The notes beneath the pieces were generated by a model, which was not told the origin of the DNA, did not search any database, and saw only the letters and a program-made list of their open reading frames with translations. Below are positions 17,626-24,000 of a stretch of DNA of 24,000 bases, one piece after another; position 1 is the stretch's first letter, and every line of letters begins with the position of its first letter. The position numbers were made by a program, and so were the translations under genes. Origin of the DNA: Hoeflea sp. 108 (GTDB lineage: Bacteria > Pseudomonadota > Alphaproteobacteria > Rhizobiales > Rhizobiaceae); contig NZ_KB890024.1 of the NCBI RefSeq assembly GCF_000372965.1, positions 744,478 to 768,477 of the forward strand, in the 5' to 3' direction.

Positions 17626-18558
17626 TCATGGCGTTCCCGAACCGCTCGCGTCGGCGACGAAAATGCTGTCGCCCTGCGGCTCCGCACCGGCAGGATCGCG
17701 CGCCGGAACGGTCGCGCGGCCGTCGCCGGATTGTGCGTCGGGCGGCGGCGCGGCGACAGCCCGCGCGTCGCCCGGACGCATGACGAACAGCGGTGCCTCG
17801 CGCCAATCGGGCGGCGGTGGCGGTGCCGATGACGGCGGTTCGGTTGCAGCCGCGCCGCCGAGGATCGGCGCTAGCGCGGCGATATACGCCCGCGTTTCGG
17901 CCGGCAGCGTGCGGCCGGTCGCAAGGTATTCGTCATAGCGGCCGGGACCGGCATTGTAGGCCGCCAGCATCGCCGCGACATTGCCGTAGCGGTCGAACAT
18001 TTCGCGCAGATAGGCGGTGCCCGCCAAGATGTTGTCGCGGGGGTCGTAGGGATCGCGGCCGAGGCCATAGCGATCGCGCAGTTCCGCCCATGTCACGGGC
18101 ATCACCTGCATCAATCCCATTGCCCCGGCCGACGAAATCGCGCGCACGTCGCCCGCGCTCTCGGCGCGCAGCACGGCGCGAATCCAGTGCTCGGGGATGC
18201 CGAAACGCTGCGACGCCTCGGCGATGTGCGCCGCGTAAGGATGGGCGGCGGCCGGGCGCTCGACCGGCACGGATTGCGCGACCGCGACGCCCGATCCGGC
18301 GCAGACGGAAAGCGCGCCGGCCAGCAGCAGGACGGCATAATGCCATGCCGGCCTGTCTCCGCAACAACGGCAGCCTGCCAGCGTGCTCGCTGCGGTCAAG
18401 GGCAAGGCGCAAGCGCCGGCCGATGGCCGCCCCTGACCTTCGCTGCGCGCGCCGGCCGTCTGGTCGCCGAGCGGGACGGAGGGATGAGACGGTTTTTTCG
18501 CGAACAAAGGGATGCCGATCTTTGACCGGATGGCGGGCCGGACGCGCGCGGCCGTCAT
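17626..18558 (-). CDS. Lytic transglycosylase (SLT domain), T4SS-associated (VirB1-like role)
   Basis: The SLT signature ...RAVLRAESAGDVRAISSAGAMGLMQVMPVTWAELR...AGTAYLREMFDRYGNVAAMLAAYNAGPGRY has the catalytic E in the ES motif. The N-terminal ~100 aa are low-complexity, so the start is uncertain. The ATG overlaps the stop of the DUF736 gene. Confidence 0.88.
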   Translation of the reverse strand: MTAARVRPAIRSKIGIPLFAKKPSHPSVPLGDQTAGARSEGQGRPSAGACALPLTAASTLAGCRCCGDRPAWHYAVLLLAGALSVCAGSGVAVAQSVPVERPAAAHPYAAHIAEASQRFGIPEHWIRAVLRAESAGDVRAISSAGAMGLMQVMPVTWAELRDRYGLGRDPYDPRDNILAGTAYLREMFDRYGNVAAMLAAYNAGPGRYDEYLATGRTLPAETRAYIAALAPILGGAAATEPPSSAPPPPPDWREAPLFVMRPGDARAVAAPPPDAQSGDGRATVPARDPAGAEPQGDSIFVADASGSGTP

Positions 18559-18890
18559 TCCTCATCCTCGATCTTCCGCGCGTGCTTCCAACGCAGGGTC
18601 CAGACCGAAGGATCGTCGTTCGACTGGAACAGTTTGGCGCGGATCGGGGACGGGAAGATTGGCCCCTCCAAACGCATCGACACGAACTCGCCAGCGTTCT
18701 CGCTGGAGTCTTTCCATGCGGGGCCGGCGTCCGGGCCGTCCTCGCTATCGAGGCGCACGCGATAGTCGGGCGCGTTCTTCACGTCGCTCGGCTTGGCCGG
18801 GACGATGAACAGCTTTTCGTGGAGGCCGAACGAATGAAGCTCGCCCGCATAGCCGGTTTCGGTGCGGGTGAAGGTGCCTATCTCTGCCAT
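18555..18890 (-). CDS. DUF736 domain protein (conserved ICE/plasmid small protein)
   Basis: 111 aa. MAEIGTFTRTETGYAGELHSFGLHEKLFIVPAKPSDVKNAPDYRV... matches the DUF736 pattern as I recall it. AGGAGA RBS. Confidence 0.85.
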   Translation of the reverse strand: MAEIGTFTRTETGYAGELHSFGLHEKLFIVPAKPSDVKNAPDYRVRLDSEDGPDAGPAWKDSSENAGEFVSMRLEGPIFPSPIRAKLFQSNDDPSVWTLRWKHARKIEDEE

Positions 18891-18926
18891 GGGAAATCTC
18901 CTGCGGTTGATTTTCGGGGGGTGGTT

Positions 18927-19472
18927 TCAGTGGGTCGGCGCGCGCCACTCGTAGCGGCCGACGCCTTCCTCATTGGTCCAGAGCGGGACCGCTCGGCCGA
19001 TGACGGAAGCTGCGGGGATGGGTCCGAAATACCGGCCGTCGAGGCTGTCGCGGACTTCCCAATTCATGAGGAAAAGCTGGTCGTCGCCGATCACGCGGCA
19101 GCCCTGCCAGACGGGCAGATCGCGGCCGAGGCCGTCGCGCTCCAGCGCCTCGCCCATCTCGATCCCGTCCACCGTGATCGTGCGGCCGGTGCGACAAACC
19201 TCCTGTCCGGGCAGGCCCAAGACGCGCTTCAAAAGCGGGACGCCTCGCGCGATATAGCCGCGCTCGACCATGAAGGCGGCTAGCGGTTCGGGCGGCATGA
19301 TGGCGACCAGCTCGGGTACGTCGATCCGGTCGGCCGGCTCGACGGTGTAGAACCCGACTGGCGCGCTGGCCGTGGCGTTCCAGATGAGTTTCACGGGCCA
19401 ATCGACGGCGCTGGCGGCGGCGATGCCGATGGCGGCGAGCGCCGTCACCGTAAGGGTGCGGCGGCGCGTCAT
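18927..19472 (-). CDS. traF: Conjugative transfer signal peptidase TraF (S26 family; pilin maturation)
   Basis: Start at MTRRRTLTVTALAAIGIAA (ATG overlaps the stop of the DUF2840 gene as ATGA). Motifs NATASAPVGFY (catalytic Ser), LLKRVLGLPGQ (Lys) and DSLDGRYFGPI are S26/TraF-like. Confidence 0.88.
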   Translation of the reverse strand: MTRRRTLTVTALAAIGIAAASAVDWPVKLIWNATASAPVGFYTVEPADRIDVPELVAIMPPEPLAAFMVERGYIARGVPLLKRVLGLPGQEVCRTGRTITVDGIEMGEALERDGLGRDLPVWQGCRVIGDDQLFLMNWEVRDSLDGRYFGPIPAASVIGRAVPLWTNEEGVGRYEWRAPTH

Positions 19473-19987
19473 GGCTCGATCCTTCGGCGGTGAAGCCACG
19501 CGGCATGTCGCTCGGGCGTGTAGGCGTGCGGCTCCAGATTGGCGGTCAAACGGTTATGGACGTGCCGCCAGTGCTCCGGTGCGGCGTCGGCCGGATCGAG
19601 GCCGAGCGATTCCACGGCGTCGATGGCGGCAAAACCGCGCTGCACCTTCGGCCAGCTATCGAGCCGCAACAGGATTTCGCCGCCGGGGCGCACGAACGGC
19701 AATGTCTGGAACGGCTCGCCCCGGCCGATGGCGCGCACAATGTCGATGCGCGAAACGACAGTGCCGTGCTCGCCGCTCGCCCATCGCACGAAGGCAAAGA
19801 CGCTGCCCGGCGCGAAGCCGACGACGCTGCGGCGGCGGTCGATGATCTGCTCGTAGCTCTTGCGGCCGAAGCGTATCCAGTGCTCGACCTTGCGTTTCTC
19901 GAAGGTCAGCTCGACCAATGTGGTAAAGGGCGCAGGTCCGTCCGGCAGCGGACGGCCGTGCGCGCTGCGGTGGGCGCGGCGGGTCAT
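19469..19987 (-). CDS. DUF2840 domain protein
   Basis: 172 aa. The pattern TLVELTFEKRKVEHWIRFGR...SVFAFVRWASGEHGTVVSRIDIVRA and the position upstream of traF match the conserved ICE gene usually annotated DUF2840. Confidence 0.8.
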   Translation of the reverse strand: MTRRAHRSAHGRPLPDGPAPFTTLVELTFEKRKVEHWIRFGRKSYEQIIDRRRSVVGFAPGSVFAFVRWASGEHGTVVSRIDIVRAIGRGEPFQTLPFVRPGGEILLRLDSWPKVQRGFAAIDAVESLGLDPADAAPEHWRHVHNRLTANLEPHAYTPERHAAWLHRRRIEP

Positions 19988-20125
19988 TGTGCGTCTCCGG
20001 CGATGTGCTGGTGGGGTGCGCGCGCGTGCGCTGCGTCAACGGCGGGCGTCATGGCTCGCCGCTCCCGGCAGAACCGGCACCACGCTTCGCCTTCGCGCGC
20101 GTCAAAGAAAAAGAGTTAGCTGGGG

Positions 20126-21693
20126 TAACTGTTTCTGTTCTCGTCGCGTGTGGAGCAAGCGCCTCTTGCCATACCGTGAACGGTGATCTGACCGGCTCAT
20201 GCCGGTCCACCACCAACCGGAATGGAGAGAGACGATGGACTACTTTGCAGGACTGGATGTTTCCCTTGAGATGACAAGCATCTGCATCGTGGATGCTGAC
20301 GGGGCCGGGATGAAGGAGGCGAAAGTTGCTTCCGAGCCGGACGACCTCGTCGCGTTCTTCGGGCAATGCGGTATGGCGATGAAGCGGATCGGCCTGGAGG
20401 CCGGCGCTCCGTCGCAATGGCTTTACGGAGGAATGGCCGAAGCCGGTCTGCCGGTCGTGTGCATCGAGACGCGCCATGCCAAGGCGGCGCTGTCGGCGAT
20501 GCCGAACAAGACCGATCGCAACGACGCGCGCGGGATCGCCAACATCATGCGCACCGGCTGGTTCCGCGCCGTGCATGTGAAGACGCAGACCGCGCAGGAA
20601 CTGCGCTTCCTGCTGGTGGCCAGGCAGACGCTGGTGCGCAAGCTGATGGATATCGAACTGGCGATCAGAGGCATGCTGCGCAGCTTCGGCCTGAAGATGG
20701 GCGTGGTCTCCAAGCGCAACTTCGAAGCGCGCGTTCTGGAACTCGCCGGCGATCGTGCGATGCTGATGCGGGCGCTCACCCCGATGCTGAAAGCGAGACG
20801 CGCCTTGGCTCTCGAATATACCAACCTGCAAAAGGCGGCGACGGACTTCGCCCGTGACGACGATGTGTGCCGCCGGCTGATGACCGTTCCCGGCGTCGGC
20901 CCCATCGTGGCGCTGACCTATCGTGCGACCATCGACGTGCCCTCGCGGTTCCGGCGCTCCAAATCGGTCGGGGCGCATCTTGGGCTGACACCGCGCGCTC
21001 ACCAGTCTGGCGAGGTCGACTGGACCGGGCGCGTCTCCAAGAGCGGCGATGCGATGGCACGGGCGGCGCTTTACGAGGCCGCGCACATCCTGCTCATCCG
21101 TGTGAAGCGCTGGTCGTCGCTCAAGGCATGGGGCATGCGGCTGGTGAAGAACCGGGGGCACAAGCGGGCCGTCACCGCGCTTGCGCGCCGGATGGCCGTG
21201 CTCATGCACCGCATCTGGGTCGAAGGAACCACCTTCATATGGAAAACGGGTGACGGCCAGGCAATCGCGCAGAGGCCGATACCCGCTGTTTAAGGGCGTC
21301 TGCCTGTCATCCACATGGATGCCGGCTGACGTAGGTTGCGAGTTCCGCCGCGGCGGAGAGATGTCCCCCGAGGGGACGAGGGTTCGGGTGAGACCGTCGA
21401 GACTCTTGTCCGCATCGCACCTTGCGACAGCGAGGACGCGAGTTAGCTTGGCCGCCCGACCTTCCGATCCCTGCTTGTGGCGATCCTGATATCGACCACG
21501 GAAAGAAGCGTGAGCCGCTCGGGGTGATGTCGATGATCCGCTCATGGCGTGTCCTCCGGCTCGATGCCTGGAATCCACGGAAGACGGACAGGTCGGGATG
21601 GCTCTTTCGCAGCGTGTTGCGAACGCGCACGATCATTGGCAAGATGATCGCGGGTGGCACTGGGCGCGTGCTTCACACCCACAGAAACAGTTA
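20126..21693 (+). mobile_element. IS110-family (IS1111-like) insertion sequence, about 1.57 kb, bounded by imperfect inverted repeats
   Basis: An exact 13-bp inverted repeat TAACTGTTTCTGT (20126-20138) / ACAGAAACAGTTA (21681-21693). It extends, after a short indel, by a 14/16 match (20148-20163 versus the reverse complement of 21663-21678). It encloses the DEDD transposase gene, with a short 5' and a ~400-bp 3' non-coding end. Exact termini may lie a few bp outside the IRs. Confidence 0.75.
20235..21293 (+). CDS. IS110-family transposase (DEDD RuvC-like domain plus C-terminal Tnp domain)
   Basis: 352 aa from MDYFAGLDVSLEMTSICIVD (GGAGAG RBS). Motifs GLEAGAPSQW, KTDRNDARGIA, VPGVGPIVALT and HQSGEVDWTGRVSKSGDAMARAALYEAA are standard IS110/IS1111 transposase motifs. 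Confidence 0.93.
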   Translation: MDYFAGLDVSLEMTSICIVDADGAGMKEAKVASEPDDLVAFFGQCGMAMKRIGLEAGAPSQWLYGGMAEAGLPVVCIETRHAKAALSAMPNKTDRNDARGIANIMRTGWFRAVHVKTQTAQELRFLLVARQTLVRKLMDIELAIRGMLRSFGLKMGVVSKRNFEARVLELAGDRAMLMRALTPMLKARRALALEYTNLQKAATDFARDDDVCRRLMTVPGVGPIVALTYRATIDVPSRFRRSKSVGAHLGLTPRAHQSGEVDWTGRVSKSGDAMARAALYEAAHILLIRVKRWSSLKAWGMRLVKNRGHKRAVTALARRMAVLMHRIWVEGTTFIWKTGDGQAIAQRPIPAV

Positions 21694-22705
21694 AAGAAGA
21701 TTCTCTGTTAGATAAGTTAGCGGTCGGATTCCGCTTTTCAGGCCAAAGCGTTAGCTGCGGTTCGTGCGCCTGATCTGCCGATAGTGGTGCGCCTGATCTG
21801 CCGATACCCCGTGCGCCTGATCTGCCGATGGCATTAACAGGGTTATCAACAGTGCCTGTTGATAGGTTTTCGGGGCGGATGCGCAGCAGCTCGCGGCCGT
21901 CTTCCCGCTCGATCTGGAGCAGGTAGCCGGGAAGTTGCTGGCGGGCCGCGATCCGGCGCAGGTCGAGCGCGAAGTCGGACGGCCGCGCGAGACTCCCGGA
22001 TTTCTGGTGAAGGTGCGCGACCTCGAAAATCCAGCCGTGGCGCTGGTGCCCGGCGTGCTTTCTGGCGACGCGGTAAAGCCAACGCTCGATGCCGCCAGTC
22101 AGCCGGAAATAGGCCGGGTCGATTGTCAGGACCAGCGAGCGGTCGATGACGCTGTTGTAGAACCATTCGGGCAGGACGAACTCCATGCCCTCGACGCGGC
22201 CGGCGCGCGTCGTCATTTCCTCCCATTCGTTGATCCAAGAGAATTGCCGGCGACGCCAATGCGGGCCGTTGCGGATGGTGGTGGCGATGACGGTCGATTG
22301 CAGCCGCGCCAGCGCGGCTTTCAGAAGCCGGTATTGGTGATTGCCGGTCGGGCGTCCGATGGCGCGCAACAGATGGTAAGGCGTAAACCGGACAAAGCGC
22401 GACGTGGTGAGGCCGTCATTCTCGGCCGCGACGATCTGCGAGGCCGCCCATATCAGCACATCGGCGTCCCATATGGTCGCCATGCCGTGCTCGGGCATCC
22501 CGAACACCTGCACCTCTATGTCGGCGGTCTTGTAGAGAATCGGCTTGGTGCGCGGGGTCTTCGCCAGCGAGAAGAACGGCCGTTCCATCAAATCGCGCTG
22601 GTCGCGCGGCGGCGCGTCGCCCGTTGCAACCACGAAGGGGTCTAGGCGGCTGCGCTCGCTGTCCTCGCCCGGCAACGCCGGCTCGTGATCGTCCTCGCGC
22701 AGCAT
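21542..22705 (-). CDS. repA: Replication initiator protein A (RepA/RPA family). The C-terminal ~100 codons run through iteron-like DNA repeats, and the last ~50 codons lie inside the IS right end, so the native C-terminus is uncertain
   Basis: The N-terminal 280 aa (MERPFFSLAKTPRTKPILYKT..., ATIWDADVLIWAASQ, FTPYHLLRAIGRPTGNHQYRLLKAALARLQST, GIERWLYRVARKHAG) match the RPA family. The ATG directly abuts the upstream HTH gene stop (TAGATG). Confidence 0.85.
   Translation of the reverse strand: MLREDDHEPALPGEDSERSRLDPFVVATGDAPPRDQRDLMERPFFSLAKTPRTKPILYKTADIEVQVFGMPEHGMATIWDADVLIWAASQIVAAENDGLTTSRFVRFTPYHLLRAIGRPTGNHQYRLLKAALARLQSTVIATTIRNGPHWRRRQFSWINEWEEMTTRAGRVEGMEFVLPEWFYNSVIDRSLVLTIDPAYFRLTGGIERWLYRVARKHAGHQRHGWIFEVAHLHQKSGSLARPSDFALDLRRIAARQQLPGYLLQIEREDGRELLRIRPENLSTGTVDNPVNAIGRSGARGIGRSGAPLSADQAHEPQLTLWPEKRNPTANLSNRESSLTVSVGVKHAPSATRDHLANDRARSQHAAKEPSRPVRLPWIPGIEPEDTP
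21764..21829. repeat. Three direct repeats of GTGCGCCTGATCTGCCGAT (19 bp; starts 21764, 21787, 21811); iteron-like
   Basis: Read directly. The copies are exact, with periods of 23 and 24 bp. The periods are not both multiples of 3, so the conservation is at DNA level, not protein level. Confidence 0.85.
21844..21864. promoter_or_regulatory. Perfect palindrome TATCAACAG-TGC-CTGTTGATA (half-site TTATCAACA is one mismatch from the DnaA box TTATCCACA)
   Basis: Read directly. A related half-site CTGTTAGATA occurs at 21705-21714. It is adjacent to the iteron-like repeats. Confidence 0.6.
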
Positions 22706-22975
22706 CTAGCAGTCGCCCCGTTCTTCGGGGGTGAGCGGACGCGCGGGAAATACGGTGCCGGCGGTCTTGTCGCGGGTGGATTTGCGCTCGCCGGCCGCGC
22801 TCCAGTCTTCCAGATCGCGGACGGTGTAGAGGACGCGACCGCCGACCTTGCGATAGGTCGGGCCGGTGCCGTAGGTGCGATGTTTCTCAAGGGTGCGGAT
22901 GGATATGCCGAGGAAGCGCGCGGCTTCCTTGGTGCGCAACAGGCGCGGCGGCAGGCCCGCAAGCGGGTTGGGCAT
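22706..22975 (-). CDS. AlpA/MerR-like helix-turn-helix DNA-binding protein (excisionase-family HTH), first gene of the repA operon
   Basis: 89 aa. LLRTKEAARFLGISIRTLEKHRTYGTGPTYRKVGGRVLYTVRDLEDW is the classical excisionase-family HTH. GGAGGT RBS. Confidence 0.85.
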   Translation of the reverse strand: MPNPLAGLPPRLLRTKEAARFLGISIRTLEKHRTYGTGPTYRKVGGRVLYTVRDLEDWSAAGERKSTRDKTAGTVFPARPLTPEERGDC

Positions 22976-23430
22976 GGATCACCTCCAGTCGGGATTGGGC
23001 TGCCGGGGGCGGCAGCGGACTGTGGCGAACCATGGCGAGGCATCGGCGGCGCGTAGCGTGCCGCATTTGCGCCTACGCGCTGGCGGCACCCCCCTTCGGG
23101 GCGTCGCGCAGCCAATAGGTGAGGGATTTCAGCGGCTCGATGCCTGCCGCGCCGAATAGGCAAAGACATTCGCGTGCAGCTCGGCTAAGATTGTGGGTGG
23201 AGCAGACGCGCTGCTCTGGGGCGTAGTAACCCCTCACGAATGGCCGGTGCCAGCCAGAACGGCACCAACTCCTTGACCTATGGTCGGGGAGCCTGTGGCG
23301 TATACAACAGGCTTTCCGAGCTAAAGGCCATGGGGCCGTTTCGTGACGGTTACTAACTCCCCGATCACCAAGAGTCAGAGAGAATCGTTTGCGGGGGCGC
23401 ACCGCAGACAAGCTCTCTCAGATACGGGGA

Positions 23431-23724
23431 ATGACTATGCGGGTTCCTGTCGAACTCGATCCCGATGTGGATGACGAAGCGCCGACCGGCGACACTATAA
23501 CCGTCTATGACGAACGGCACTACGTCACCTATCTACGCTTGCTGGATGCCAAGGCCGAGGGCGCGGACTGGAAAGAAGTCGCGCGGATCGTGCTTCACCG
23601 CAATCCGGCTGCCGAGGAACTTCGGACCTATCGTTGCTGGCAAAGCCATCTCGAACGCGCGCAATGGCTTTCGCATGAGGGCTATAGGAAGATTCTGGAA
23701 CAGGCGGCAGCTAACAAGGCGTGA
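23431..23724 (+). CDS. Small conserved ICE regulatory-region protein (possibly DUF2285-like)
   Basis: ATG at 23431 (or 23437), preceded by GGGGA. YLRLLDAKAEGADWKEVARIVLHRNPAAEELRTYRCWQSHLERAQWLSHEGYRKIL resembles a motif I associate with DUF2285-type proteins next to the alpA-repA module. The family assignment is from memory only. Confidence 0.6.
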   Translation: MTMRVPVELDPDVDDEAPTGDTITVYDERHYVTYLRLLDAKAEGADWKEVARIVLHRNPAAEELRTYRCWQSHLERAQWLSHEGYRKILEQAAANKA

Positions 23725-23851
23725 GCATCGGCGGTTTTCAGCTTACTTCACCTCGCAGGCTTTGGAATTTTACGATATCTGACCGACAGGAATCGACCTA
23801 ATCGCTGACGTTTCGAGTGGCTTTGACGCGTCCTAAAAGCTGATATGCCCC

Positions 23852-24000
23852 TCAATTGTTGGCCCATTCTGAACAGGTCAACTCATACGTTACCTCGCCG
23901 TGCTCCGTGCCGGGTATGGGGTCGGGAAAATCCAAGAAATCCGTCCGCGTGTGTTTCATACCAATCTTCTCCATTACACGGCGCGACCCTTGGTTGACCG
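23852..24000 (-). CDS. GNAT-family N-acetyltransferase, C-terminal 49 codons only (gene continues past the window end)
   Basis: Not in the ORF track. My minus-strand translation gives VNQGSRRVMEKIGMKHTRTDFLDFPDPIPGTEHGEVTYELTCSEWANN*. The N-x-x-S-x-RVMEKxGM motif is typical of RimJ/RimL-like GNAT C-termini. The region is lower in GC than the backbone. Confidence 0.55.
   Translation of the reverse strand, partial: VNQGSRRVMEKIGMKHTRTDFLDFPDPIPGTEHGEVTYELTCSEWANN

Noticed and set aside
17681-17700. ATCCTG (IncP/Ti-type nic core) on the minus strand, read as cgcgATCCTGccggtg
   Set aside because: It lies inside the lytic transglycosylase coding region, has no adjacent inverted repeat, and a 6-mer is expected by chance. 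It is not used as oriT evidence.
17793-19283. 496-aa plus-strand ORF spanning the SLT, DUF736 and traF regions
   Set aside because: It is extremely Arg/Pro/Ala-rich and antisense to three genes with clear family signatures, so it is a shadow ORF.
20049-21578. 509-aa minus-strand ORF, the longest ORF in this part of the track
   Set aside because: It is exactly antisense to the well-supported IS110 transposase gene. It is Arg/Gly/His/Pro-rich with no recognisable domain. This is a typical shadow ORF in GC-rich DNA.
21307-21660. Minus-strand frames downstream of the repA stop, examined as possible ParA N-terminal remnants (for example ...ISGSPQAGIGRSG resembling a deviant Walker A)
   Set aside because: The resemblance to KGGxGKT is too weak. 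The region lies inside the IS inverted repeats, so it is IS DNA rather than backbone.
21764-21829. Possible CRISPR array, because of the three identical direct repeats
   Set aside because: The repeats are 19 bp and separated by only 4-5 bp, with no spacers of CRISPR length and no cas genes. The pattern fits iterons or binding sites instead.
23073-23411. 112-aa minus-strand ORF, and a 38-aa plus-strand ORF (23240..23356), in the alpA / DUF2285-like intergenic region
   Set aside because: The 112-aa product is Arg/Cys/Trp-rich with no RBS or domain resemblance. The 38-aa ORF has no RBS and coincides with the paired helices. The RNA-structure explanation fits better.

Overview
The window is a GC-rich conjugative-element backbone, either an ICE or a plasmid. 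Its gene order matches what I recall for Tn4371 / ICEMlSym-type elements of Alpha- and Betaproteobacteria. Almost all backbone genes are on the minus strand. Reading in the minus-strand direction of transcription (high to low coordinates): AlpA-like HTH, RepA-type replication initiator, an IS110/IS1111-type insertion sequence, DUF2840, TraF (S26 peptidase), DUF736, lytic transglycosylase, DUF3363-type relaxase, a ~6 kb cargo island, then traG, a copG-like RHH gene and trbB-C-D-E-J-K(alt)-L-F (trbF is cut by the window start). The IS sits where a parA gene would normally be. The cargo island (about 9253-15261) is compositionally mosaic. It holds a LysR regulator, a visibly lower-GC hxlR-fabF (KAS II) operon, a second diverged LysR paralogue, and a tet(G)-class tetracycline efflux module (tetA/tetR with two tetO-like palindromes). 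No integrase, ISCR or IS is visible at either edge of the island. Points worth follow-up: the mobile hxlR-fabF pair bracketed by LysR direct repeats; the IS with a long structured 3' non-coding end (bridge-RNA candidate) that fuses to the repA ORF; three 19-bp iteron-like repeats plus a DnaA-box-like palindrome inside the repA ORF tail; a repeat-dense candidate oriT upstream of the relaxase; and a ~450-bp gene-free divergent region (22976-23430) with a nested multi-helix fold suggesting an unannotated structured RNA. Most long ORFs in the six-frame track are antisense or shadow ORFs typical of high-GC DNA and were rejected. I found no rRNA, tRNA or CRISPR array.
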